Of a stretch of 32,692 nt of DNA, positions 1 to 11,877 are shown piece by piece (within the stretch, counting starts at the first letter, position 1; the number at the start of each line of letters is the position of its first letter). The translations under genes and the position numbers were made by a program. The notes beneath the pieces are model-generated. The model did no database searches. It was given only the letters and a program-made list of their open reading frames with translations, and was not told the DNA's origin. Source of the DNA: Gonapodya sp. JEL0774. Lineage: Eukaryota. The stretch covers positions 1 through 32,692 of the forward strand of contig JADIIX010000192.1 in assembly GCA_027604505.1 (NCBI GenBank), given 5' to 3'.

Positions 1-135
1 TCTGTGGGAGCGAGCTCGGCAGACATCAGGTCGACGGCCACGCTGAATCTTTGAGGTGAGTGGGTTCACAACGAGATGCGAAATTGTTTGCAATTTCCAG
101 CGCTCTTCCATGATTGCTCACGTCCCTTCTGACAT
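1..135 (-). CDS. Possible 5' part of a minus-strand gene running off the window edge (exon ending 122, intron 121-49, exon 48-1)
   Basis: Minus-strand GTGAGC donor at 121, ACTCAC branch-like site and AAG acceptor at 51-49. Splicing gives an open frame MSEGT|FSVAVDLMSAELAPT. No recognisable domain; the true start could be further upstream. Confidence 0.3.
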
Positions 136-1709
136 TCCTCCACCCCTCACCAGCACCACCACTTCGTGGTCGTCTCTGTGTTTATGTATAGATATGTACT
201 GTTCCTTCCTCGTGCCCGGATTCCGGTAGACTCGTGGAAGTTTGGAGCGCCTTTCTTTAGACTGAACCGATACAGGGCTCGTATACATTCTTGTTATTAT
301 AGATGAGCGATGAGCGCTCCACAGAATGTATATTGGAAAATTTATTTTGTTCTTGAAAATTGACCGTTGTTCAGTGGCCTCATCGGTGGACCCCGGACAT
401 CCATGGGTGGCGGCCCCGAGGGTATTCGCCTGCTTCACACTGTTTTCCGAGTGCGGCAAGCGAGACAGACTATCACGGAAGAATTTTAACGCCTTGTTTG
501 TGAGGTGTGGATGGCTACGCGATAGGGCCGGTCGGGTTCATCGTCCGCGGAAGGATTGACGATATGTGAAATGGACGCACCGAACCAAACGTGCCCTGTC
601 CAAAGTCTGCAAGGGAGCTTTTTTATTGTTCATGCACAATCAGGCTCTGGACCTCTGATTCGTCTGTCCCCTCCACATACCCGGGGCTTGGTGTTCCTTG
701 TAATGTTCAGGTATGTTCACGGCAGAGGTTTACCAGTACAGCACGAAGGACACGCCTGCCGACACCCCACAAAGCGTTCCCTCCCCGCCCCGCAAAACGT
801 CACCGTACCCCGAGAATAACGGTAAAGAGGGAGAGGACAAGCAGTGCTCGTAGGTACCGCGATCCTTCTTCAGATATGGTCGGTAAGGCGAGTCACGAGT
901 GCGGGTAACCGGGTTGTGCTTTTAGAAGATGCTTCTACAGTTTGTATGGTCTTTATGCATAACTTTGTTTGCATGGAGCGTTGACTGCAGACATGTACCT
1001 GCGCTTGCGGAGTCAGGTTCTTGCGAGGAGCAGCAAGGGCAGGGTTGGGTGCTTGTATAAAAATTGAACGGGGGACAAGACACGGTGGTGAGATTCCGAA
1101 AGCAAGAACATTCTACGAATTGCATTGGACGATGAGAAATTGCGTTGAATGCGGTGTTCTCATGGCCACGATTACGTTCCTAGTTTGTACATACAATTTG
1201 TTCGAAGAATGTGCCGCATCATAACCCCTGGGGTAAATCCCGTAGTAACTCAGTAACCAGTCACACCAAAAACCTACTTCGGTTCCGGATACATCGATTG
1301 AAATCAAGTAAATCGGAAAACAAAATTGTATGGTTGCAGCAGAATATGTCACGGCATATTTGTAAGGTCCTGTGCCCGGGCCAGGTCACGCGCTCCCCAA
1401 CTCCTCACACACAAACCTTTTCCCTATTGGCGCCGCCGCACCGCCGCCCCACCGCACACGAGCCCCGCAAAGCCCCCCGCAGCACGCGCAGCAACAAACT
1501 CTATTTCCCATCGGACGCCTGCTGCGGGCAGTGAAAACGTGCGAGCTGTGCAAAGGCTGCCGCCTCTTGGGGTCCTGGTCCAGGGTGCCGCTCTATACAG
1601 CATCGCTGGGAGGCTGACGCACCGGGGGGACAGAGGGAGCGTCGAGGCGAGGACATAAAGTAGAGCGAGGAAGAGCGCAAGGAAAACAGCGCGAGGAAGG
1701 CAGCGCAGG

Positions 1710-4700
1710 ATGCTGACATCGTCGACTCACGTGGGTTCGAGGATCGGGTTGGTTCGCGGGGCAGCAGAGGTAGAGCCTTTGGAGGTGAATCAGCAGCAAC
1801 AGTGGCAATTTCAGGGCCAGCAGCGGTCGGCCCTGAGCCTTGTGCTCGCGGCATCTGCCGGGAACTTGAACGGGATGAGGATGGAGCTGGACGCAGGCGC
1901 AAGCCCGGATTCGTTTGACCCGACAGGGAGGACAACAGCGCTCATCGAAGCTGTGAAGGTGAGCTTGAGCTAAATGTCTGGTTTTTTGCAGGGACTTACA
2001 GCGGGGCTGGAGCTGGGAATTCAACGAAAGGTGCGGGGAGAGAGGGCTCAGACACGGCTGAACCTGCGGCGATCGCAGGGATGCGGGCAGGGCGGGAGGA
2101 GGCGAGAGGACACACAACAAGAGCGGGGGAGATATGTGGCTGAGTGCTGTGGGATCGGAGGCGCAGGGAGTGGGTAGCGGGGATGCAGCGTGGGGTGATG
2201 CGGTGACGTGGGTGATGCGCGGTGGCTGTGCAGGAAGGGTCCCCCCCATCAACCCCTCCCGCCACTCTCAATGAGTCATCCGTGTCTCCCACCGTCTCCC
2301 TGTCCCTGTCCCTCCCTCCATGCCTGCCCCTTCCCTCCGCCCTGTCCCCCTCTGTCTCCCACCCCTCACCCCACCTCCCCTCAACAGGCCGATCACATCG
2401 CGTGCGTCGATGAGCTCCTCAGACGAGGCGCAGACCCTTCCCTTGGCTCGGTGCGTACTCCACCTGCATCCTTCGCGTGTGTGCGCAAACCTGATCGCAG
2501 CCCTCCGCACATCCCCCTGCACCCTGCACCCTGCAACTTCCCCATCGCCCCTGCATCACACTACCCACACCCGAACACCCCACACGCCCTCTCAACTCTC
2601 ACACTCCACAGCCATTCCTTCCGCCGCCCCACCACCACACCGACAACCCACGCATACTCCGCCTCCTCGACCACTACGACACTCCATTCCAAACCCCAAT
2701 GCCCCTCTCCTCACTCACCACTCCCCCACCGTCCTCCTTACGATCCTCAGACACTTCGTCGTTGGCACAGTTATCTCTTCCTTCCCCTGTCACGCCGGGT
2801 GGACACGGTCAACCCTCCACCAGTGCCCTCCACGTCGACGCCAACAACACCGTTGAGAGCGGGATCGGGAATGGAAATGGTCTGGAGAACGGGAACCAGA
2901 ACCAACCAGGCACGGGTCCCCAACAAAGCGGACCCGGCACCACTCCCGCACCGACACCGCCATTCGTCACTGCACGGCCAGACGCACAGTCCCTGCCTCA
3001 CGACTTGCGATCCACCTCTCCCACCACCGCCTCGTCCTCGCAAGTGCCGATTACCCTCCGATCATCCTCATCGTCCGCCTCCCCTACTCAGCTCCACCAC
3101 ACATCGTCCCCGGCCCCGGCCCCATCCCTCATTGAAGCTGCATTCGACACTCTGCCCCCATCGTCATCGTCCCTCTCCCTCTCCTTCTCTTCCTCCACCT
3201 CGTCCGCGAGACTCCTCTACGCTTCCGCACCGTCCTTCATCCCATCCTCACCATCTGCTTCCTCCTCCGCGCCAGCGCCCCTTGCCATCCCGACAGTTTC
3301 ATCCACTCCACAAAACGCTCTCGTCCGCCCCTCGTTCTCTTCTTACATGTCCAATAACCACAACCGCTCATCACCCATATCCCTACATCCCGCACACTCG
3401 GGCGTGCCGCGCGCGCCTCCACCCCACGCCATCACCCAGAGTCCCCCGGATTCAGAGCCTGGTCGGGCCGTGGACGTGTACAGGGATGGGGACGTGGACA
3501 GAGACAGAGACAGAGCCATGGCGCCAGGCGAATCGCCCCACGCCCGTGACCCCATCCCCAACAGCGACCGCCGTGGTGACCAAAACCAAGACCTCTTCAC
3601 CCCACCCTCCCACGCCTACCGCTCGCACAACCACGCTTCTTCCTTTGCGCAATCACACATCCAAGGGCACTCTCGTCCGCTCGAGATCGACTTGGAGAGG
3701 GACTTTGCACCTGAGCTGGCTCACCAGGCGGGGCAGGGACTCCCGTACTCGCACACGCAGGCATATGCACACGCACAAGCGCGGGGTATTCCCCAAATGA
3801 CCGGTGTGCACCGCAGCACCACCACGTCCCCGTCCCCGTCCCCACCCACGACCACTCCGCTCGTCTTCCGCCCCCACCCGCCCACGAACGTCGCCACGCC
3901 CACGGCCACGGCGTCTGCGGCCGCGGCCTCGAACGACTTGTGGTACGAATTTTCTTACCGGAGCCATCACTCTGGCACCGAACGGCCAAACTCGTACCCC
4001 GCCGCTACGTCCACGAATTCGTTAACGGGCCACGGGCAGATGAGGGACACGAGGGAGAGGGAAAAAGAGAGGGAGAAAGACGTTCAGGCTGACTATCAGA
4101 TGCAGGTGCAGATGCAGATGCAGGCGCAAATGGGTATGAGTATGGGCATGGGTGCGGGCATGGGCATGCCACCACCCCACCCCATGTCGAGCCAGACCCA
4201 CTCGCACCCCTCCCGCTCGCACCGTCACTCGTCGTCCCCGCCCGGCTCGGGCACTGGGTCGGGCAGCACCGTGCCGCCGTCCCACATGCTCTCCACAGCT
4301 GCGGGGACCAGCGGGAGTTCCATATGCAGGTTCTTCGTCCAGGGTCACTGCAGGTTTGGCCCCGACTGCCGGTTTGTGCATCCGGGGGCGGCGACCAGTG
4401 CCGGTGTCGGGAACGGGCAAGGGCAGATGGCAGGACCGAGGAGGTTCGAAACCAGGGGAGGGAGTGGGCGGGACAGGGACCGCGACAGGGATCGCGACCG
4501 TGACCGGGATGCGTACGGGCTTGTAGATGGTTACGGTGATTTTCACTCCGGCGGGATGTACGGAGGAGAGCTTTCCACGGGCACAGGGTACGGGGATTTC
4601 GGCGGCAAGGTGGGCCTCCGGGGGGACCCGTATGCCGAGGTGTCTTTTGGGGCCGCGTCGGTTCTCAGTCGGTCGGGGGAGCTCAGGGCGTCAGCGGCGT

Positions 4701-5770
4701 ATGCGGGGATCGGGATGGGGGGTTTGACTGGTGGGGGTGGTGCTAGTGGCGCGGGGCAGAGGAAGATGCTCAAGACCTGTAGGTTTTGGATGAGAGGGAC
4801 ATGCCGGTGAGTTGTGAGGTTGTCAGGGCTGAGAGGGCGGACGAGGTTGGAGGTGTAGAGGGTGGAGGGGGTGGAGGGTGTGTGTGTATGTCTTGGTGGG
4901 GGGGGCGGGGGGGGGATGCCTTGGCTTCTGCACCCAGATTGCTCAACAACTCCACTACATTCATACCATTTCTGTTACCTCCTCCTTGCGCCTCCCAGAT
5001 TTGGTGACACGTGCCGCTACCTCCACGACTACTTTCCAGTTTCTTCCGCTCCAGCCCACTCCTATCTCTCCTCCAGCGGCCCCCGCAGTCTCACCAACTC
5101 TGGCTCCGGACCAAACAGCGGCAACAATACTCAATCCGGCATGTTCGCACCCAAAATGTCTAACGTACCTGTGCCGTACCAGACCTCGGGAGCAGCCAGT
5201 GCCTCAGCTTATTCACGCCGACCTTACGCGTTAAGATCTCCTGTGCTACTCGGGCCGGGATCGGGGGCACAGGGGTATTCGGCGGAGTATGGTGGCGGTG
5301 GCGCGTCTGTGGGGGATTTGATGGATAGGATGGCGGCGATGAGGATGGGCGGGGGGGTTGGGATGCTCATGGGCATTGGTGGGATGAGGGATGGAGAAAA
5401 CGAGTACAGGCTTGGGAGGGAGAAGGAAATAGAGAGGGATAGGGAACGAGACAGAGATCCCTACTTCTTCCCCGACTTGCCCGCCACACCGCCCCCACAT
5501 GAGGCCATAGGCGATGACGTACCGAGAGACGGATATGGGAGGGACCTGTGGGAGATGGATCGGGATCGGGACAAAGATCGAGATAGGTACAAATACGCGT
5601 TGACGCGAGAGGAGGTGGAGGAGCTCTTGACCGTGCCAGTCGGGCAGGCGAGTCCTGGGGAAAGAGGTTTGGGCGGAGGGTCTGGTGAGGTGTTCGGGTA
5701 TGGGGGTGCGATTTGGGAGGGGAGGAGTCCGGTTGGAGTGGAAGGGGCCTATGCGGGGAATGGGTGGTGA
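1710..5770 (+). CDS. Ankyrin-repeat protein with two C3H1 (CCCH) zinc fingers and long low-complexity regions; exons 1710-1958, 2388-2450, 2612-4806, 4999-5770 (~1090 aa; 5' end uncertain)
   Basis: Phase-consistent GT-AG splicing joins ankyrin text (LVLAASAGNLNGMRMELDAGASPDSFDPTGRTTALIEAVK|ADHIACVDELLRRGADPSLGS). Two C-x7-C-x5-C-x3-H fingers: CRFFVQGHCRFGPDCRFVH (4325-4381) and CRFWMRGTCR|FGDTCRYLH (split by intron 4807-4998). An upstream exon near 1500-1538 (RLLRAVKT) is possible. Confidence 0.8.
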
Positions 5771-7275
5771 GTGGTTGAGGGTGGGTGTTGTGATGGGTAT
5801 GCGTTGCGGTACTGATCGGGATGGGTTCGACTGTTGTTTTGACAGGGAAGTACTGGGTATGATGAGAAATTCGTATTGAAGGTAGACATGTGTGAATTGG
5901 GAGGGGAAGCGGTGTCGCGGACGGGTAGTGGTGAGTGTGGGGTGCAAGAGCATAACCGCTCGAGGCTTCGCTACCCTCATCTTTCTCATTCCCCGGCTTT
6001 CCCAACTCGTCGATTCAATCGATGAAAACGCAAAGCTCGGCAATGCTTCCGGACCCGCCGTGGACACCGACCTCTGTTGCCCTCCCTTCAACCTCGTCCA
6101 CTCTGTAGCCTCAGTTCCTCGCCATTTCGTTCTCCCATTTCTATTTTCATATCACTCCACCGGCCTCCTCTACTTCTGGACTGATCGAATCTTGCTTACG
6201 TACACATATCCATGCATTCGAAGGATCTAAACGAGGGGAAGAAGGACGGTCATCTCTCCCTTTGCCCTCTTTTTGCAAACTGTCAATTGGATTTTTTTCT
6301 TTGTGTGCGGTCGTTTTGTGGAATGTTTCTGTGCACACCAAATGTTTTGTTTTGGACTTGAACTCGGCGCCTGCCGGACAGTCTCCCACACATAATTTCA
6401 CGCTTCCACTCCCCCCCTGACGTTTTCCCACTTGATTCTCCCACACACTTTTTTTTTGCTTTGTTGATGTAATCGGATTCTTCCCGGAGAGTTTTTGAAC
6501 ATGGCCCTGGTCGGGCCAGGTCCTCGTCTATTTTGACTGGAGAAAACTGGTTGGAGAGCCCTGGGACTCTACACCTCTTATGGACGCCAGGGATCGACAT
6601 GAGAGACAGCTTGTCCACCGAGCCAGGGAGATGGAGTATGTCGACACTTCTCTGACGAGGCGCCCAGGGCATGGAGTGGAATGGACGTCACACGTTTTGC
6701 AAGTCCCATGTATTGATGTTGGGGAGAGGGCGCGACGAAGAAGGACAAGAACAATTTTTCCAACAAAGGTGTTTCCTCCTCCCAATCAGACTTAATCATT
6801 GTAGAAAGAAATTGTAATCATTTGCATTCCATTTTAAAGAATACAGAACAAGAATTGTGTATGTAAAGGTTGCGGCCATCCGCAAACGTGCATAATAATA
6901 CATATGTGGTTTCTTATCCACTCAGTTTCCTTCGTTCTCTCCTTCTTTCCGTGTTTTTTCGGGATAAAACCAACATATTTTTTTGCTCATGCATTACAAA
7001 TTCAAATTGTCATGATTGAAAGTGAAAACTTGCCAGATTCGTAACCACAACATATTCGTGTCGAGATAGGTCGAGGTGTGTCGGGATAATCGAGAGAGCA
7101 ACGCTGTGAGCAATATAATAATGAACCCTTCCCAGAAACCACCGCAATACCCGCACTTCCTAAACGTGCTCACCAAGTGTCCGAGGTCACGTTTACCATT
7201 AAAATATTTACCGAATCACAAGTTTGAGAGTTGCGGCAATTCTGTCTTGCTCGCCGTTAGCGATCGTGTGCGGCA

Positions 7276-8752
7276 ATGGCGGAACTCAATCGTTCTCTCC
7301 TCATTATGATGACTTCTGTGCTCATACGAAGTAAGACTTTCTGGGTAGAAAGCGTATTGATTGATGAGGAAACTGAATGATTCGAGTCACTCGCGTTTCC
7401 TCATAGCACTCATGCTCCTGGTTCTGATTGCACCTCACTACACATTTGGAAGTAAGTGTTTCATCCGATCAGAAGATGCGATCCTTCAATGCTTATAATG
7501 CTTATGATGAACTTTTCTTTGAACGCTTGCTCGTGTCCAAATTACATCAACCATTGTCCTTTTATGTCCAAATTTGTCTCAGTTCTTCTTGAACGACGGC
7601 ATACCTGCACAACGTCCACTGCAATGTCCATATGTGGAGTTGCCAACCCACTAAACAACGAAATTGAACGGTATTGCGGAACAGATGGGTTTTGTCATGC
7701 CCTTTGCGCATACGGGTTAGTCACGTCGTTCGAAAGTGACACATCAAACTTATGGAGACTCATACCAGTCCGAATCATTTAGGTATTGGGAGTGTTACTA
7801 CAACTGGTGTTCTAATACGTGAGTACCTATCAGCTTTCTCCCAATCCTGGGTTGATGATGAATCTGGACGGTTCCCATGTTATCCAACGTCAGTTCATGT
7901 GAGAATGCTGTTTCGGGTCCTGGCCAGGGCCCAGCATATGGAAGTGACGGTGTGCTTCTTGCTTCGACACCTGCACTAGGTGGGTCTTTGATGTTGCATA
8001 ATAGTTCACGTGGTAGGCGATTATCTCCCTTCTCTTTGCTCTAGGATCTGCTTCTACTCCAAGCGAACTGGCGAGCAATGGAACTCCCAACGCTGCTATG
8101 GCCACTATGTCCGTTTCCGGAGGTAACTCCGCAGCAGCAAGCAACGGGGCTTCTCGAGGGAGTCAAGCTGCCGCGAGCGTCGCACCCACCGCCGCAAGTA
8201 CTATCGCGGAAGCTACGACCACGACCATAATCCTGACTAGTTTGGGTAAGACGCTCAGGGTTTCAGCACTTTGCTATCCGGGTTCTAGTCCAACTTACTT
8301 GCCAACTCGAATCCCTTGATCAGCCGCACTATCTACCAACTCCGTTCAAACATCTGCCATGAATCCCGCCGGTGCGAAAGTAGGCACTTCAGGCAGTGAT
8401 ACAGGTTGGTCGGCCTTGCCTCCGTTCACTTTCCACAGGACTGTAGTCTGAGATCTCATTACCATTTCACTCTCTCCGTCCTTGTTTCACGCTGACTTCA
8501 GGAGGTCTCACCGCTGGGGCGTGGGTTGCTTTCCACCCTATTTTGTTCTGAAGCCGATGGTAACATCTCGTCCTTTCTGAACATCCGCTCCCCTCATTTT
8601 ACGCCATACACCAAACCCTTTTATATTACCGATTAAGTATTGGTGCTCTAGGTCTCGGCATTGCAGCCGGGATTGTTGGAATAGTGGGAGTTGTCGCATA
8701 CGTTAACCGAAAAGGAAAGGGTAGAGTTGTTCAACCTCCCCCGATTCGATAG
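7276..8752 (+). CDS. Secreted/single-pass membrane protein: signal peptide, 8-Cys domain, Ser/Thr/Ala stalk, C-terminal TM helix; exons 7276-7330, 7407-7451, 7583-7715, 7783-7818, 7894-7979, 8045-8245, 8324-8404, 8502-8520, 8638-8752 (256 aa)
   Basis: Nine exons splice in phase to 771 nt without internal stops. Hydrophobic N-terminus MAELNRSLLIMMTSVLIRTLMLLVLIAPHYTFG, then ILLERR, a Cys-rich segment, an S/T/A-rich stalk, TM GGLTAGAIGALGLGIAAGIVGIVGVVAYV and basic tail NRKGKGR. Confidence 0.8.
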
Positions 8753-8902
8753 TAAGAGCCAACCATTTCGCCCCGTTTTACTTGAGGTGGGATTTTGGTA
8801 CCTAATTTTGATTTTGTTCATGTAAACTCGCATCTTTATTTATCATGAATCCAATGGTTTGGGAATTTTTGGCGCATTCGTACTTCTGTTATCGTGCTCG
8901 CA

Positions 8903-11209
8903 TCATTCCGCCCCGAAATCGAACACTCTACTGAACACTGTTGACTTGGATCTCCCTGCAGTTGCAGGTCCTGCGATGTTCGGTGCTGGGAAGCCGAAAC
9001 CCCTGGAGAGGCCCGGCGCACCTCCAATTGTCCCGATCTCCGCGATGGACCACGACCGCCCCACGGCTATAGGAACAGCAAGGCGAGTGATAGGATCTGC
9101 AACGGGTTGTGAGTGAACGAGCTTTCGTGCTTTCATGTTGGGTAAGGTCGCCGAATCTGCGTGGTGCACAGGCACATGGACTCCAGAGGTGGGTGTCACA
9201 GTAGCGGTACCTGGCCTTTGGGAGAATGACGTTGAAGATTCCACTGCCTTTGCCTATAAGGGACCAGTTCCGAAACGATGTTTTGTGAGGCTGTCTTCGG
9301 GAAGCTCCAACAGCAAAGGGTACAGTACCTTCTCAACAAAGCCTATGTCAATCTCTTGACGCTGAGGCGTTATAGTAAGCTCCGCTGGATCCACGACGGT
9401 ATCTTCTTTGCCAGTGCTCGAGGCAATTGCGAGATCCACGTTGTCGGCGGATCCATAATGCGAGTCAACATGCATCTCATCGCGGTCGTAGTCATCTCTT
9501 GATGATGTAGTGCATTGTGGAACAGTTATCGTATTTTCTGAGACAAATCTGACACTCCTTTCAGCTCCCGCCCTTGCTTCCTGGAGATTCACTTCCCCTT
9601 CTTTTTCCTCGATTTCCCTCAGTTTATCCAGCCAAGCATTCAATTTTGCATCTTCTTCTTCTCCGTTTATCTTTCTCCTTCCTCGGCGTTCTCCGTCACC
9701 TGCACCCACCAGTTCAGCGAGCATCTTCATGCAAGGAATCGATCCGAGCTCTGCACCAAGTCTGAGGTATTCAATTGCTTTGTCACGCTTCTCCCCGGCT
9801 GTCCACTTGGTTTTGCTTCCCGATTCCCAGTCCATGTAATACATATCCCACCCAATGACTACCTCACCGGCCGCTGCATAAGCATCTCCAAATCCCAGTT
9901 CACCAGCTTTCTCCAGAAGTTCAATGCAGATGTCAGGCCTCTCGGCCAGCGGACCGTACACAAACTCCAATCCCCCTGCCACAACCCGTGTTCGAGGCTC
10001 GCCAGATAGAAAGCGGCTCGCAAACTGAGCAAGGAGAGTCGGTGATGACTGGCTTGAAAGAGCAGATAGTACAATTGCAGAGAGAGACGAATCTGCGCTC
10101 GCCGGAAGAACCGCGAAACAAGGGTCTCCTTCATCCATGTTGGGCTTTGGAACCAGAAGGTCCACCGCAGTGGAATCGGAGCAAAGGGACGCCTCCAGGC
10201 GCAGAATTACATTCAAGTCAGCTTGATCCCTTGGATCAGACTCGAATGATAATGAGGAGCTTCCAGCTGTTCGCCGGATCAGTCCTCTCGCCTCTATTTC
10301 AACCGACATCGCCGCTACCTCGGAATCATCATAACCTGTCTCCTCCATCATCTGTGCCGGATGAAACCACTATTGTAAACTGCTTCTGCCAGAATATATA
10401 TAAGTAATATGACCTACCTTTTGGCAAATCGCGTACACAACGAGCTGATCTGTCCGAACTCCAAAGCAACCTTCAGTGTAAAGTCCTGCAAGCACCTTTC
10501 CACATCGCCAATCCTTCATCTCCAGAAAACCTTGCCAAAGTAAGCCCATACCGGCAGTAAGACATTTTGGAAAGCCTGTTATGAGAGTCTGAGCTGCTTC
10601 TTGGAGAGAGTGCAGATCTCCCGCATGGGCAGCTTTCAGGAGGTACTTGATCCGAAGAAGATGCGGTGGGAGAAAGGCAGCAGCGTGAGAAGACAAAAGC
10701 TCATCAAGTTGATCTATCGACAGCTGGGACGATGCCTCGTCCGGAAGAGAACCTTCTACAGTGGCTGGATAGTACTGGGCTAGCATTCTGCAAAGGTCTC
10801 AGTTGCTTCAGATTCCGATCACAAAGCTGGCAATTCTGATCAACACTCACCGTGTGGCTTCAACGTCGTTGTACTCCTCTGCAGCTTGAACGAGCAGGCT
10901 TTTGGCCTTGGCTTCATCTTTTTCAACCACACCTGCAATCCCCGTCCCTAGAATCCTGGCAACTTCTCTCATTCCTTCAGCGCTCCCATTGCAAGCTGCC
11001 AGTTCATAGAACCCAAATGCACGAGAGGCATCCTCCTCTCGAGGGTAGTCATCTGGGATAGGCTTATTTCCAAGTACTTCTGCATGACGTCCGGAGAATA
11101 GGCGAGCGAGAATGAGCGCGGACTTGGCGTTTTTTCGGTCAGTGGCCCAATAAACCAGAGATGCGAAGGTTGGAAGACGCGAGGATCGTGGCTTGGGCAG
11201 TGGAATCAT
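8903..11209 (-). CDS. Sel1-like repeat (SLR) protein; exons 11209-10851, 10787-10418, 10351-9329, 9253-8903 (700 aa)
   Basis: Sel1-type motifs: DASRAFGFYELAACNGSAEGMREVARILGTGIAGVVEKDEAKAKSLLVQAAEE, LAGLYTEGCFGVRTD, KAIEYLRLGAELGSIPCMKMLA. Canonical GT-AG introns in consistent phase. Confidence 0.8.
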
Positions 11210-11877
11210 GTGTGTAGAGTATGTGATTCAACAACCAACCCAAAGAAACTTTGGTTCACCGAAAATGAAATGAAATTCGAAAGGCTACATGACACTCCAA
11301 CAAGCTAGCAAGTCTCTCTAGTCTTAAACTGCCCACTCTGACACGCACGGTCGTCCACTGACACCTCTCAAACGCTGGTGACACATCGCAACATGCGTCC
11401 TGTGTCCCCGCGAGCGGGAAGCTCGGTAGTCCCCATTTGCACCAGCTGTGCGGTGAAATTCCAAAAAGTGATCGCAAGTTCCTGGAGGCCCAGAAGTGTC
11501 CGCAAAAAATCACCCACACACTAAACGATATTGCAGATCTAAGTAATGCCGTTCTCATCATCCATCCTTCATCACTGAAGAACCGCTCTCTAGCGCTTCC
11601 ACGCGAAACTCCCCACCGACACCAGTGTGCTAAACACAATCCACCCTGCGCATCGTGCGAATCCGTTGCATCGACTACGATCTTCAACATCGCGCTTGCG
11701 TCCTGTTGTTGTATAGTAGTGTTGCAGTCGGAACAGAGAGGTCCTCCGCACTTGCGTGATGACCGGGTGAGTGCTGTACACCTGAATGGCCGGTGAGATC
11801 GTTTGCGTTTCGGCGTAAACATGGATCCTTTTCGTGACATCGGACTTTGATGGCTCTTGAAATTCCTCCCAGTGTCT

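Noticed and set aside
2208..3800. 530-aa Pro/His-rich ORF
   Set aside because: Alternative-frame shadow of the C-rich part of the ANK-CCCH gene; only 2388-2450 is a real exon in this frame.
6580..6795. 71-aa ORF between the ANK-CCCH and surface-protein genes
   Set aside because: No recognisable motif or convincing splice structure; likely intergenic or UTR.
11256..11840. 194-aa minus-strand ORF between the bZIP and Sel1 genes
   Set aside because: Non-protein-like composition; lies in the expected bZIP 3' UTR / Sel1 promoter; not needed for either gene model.
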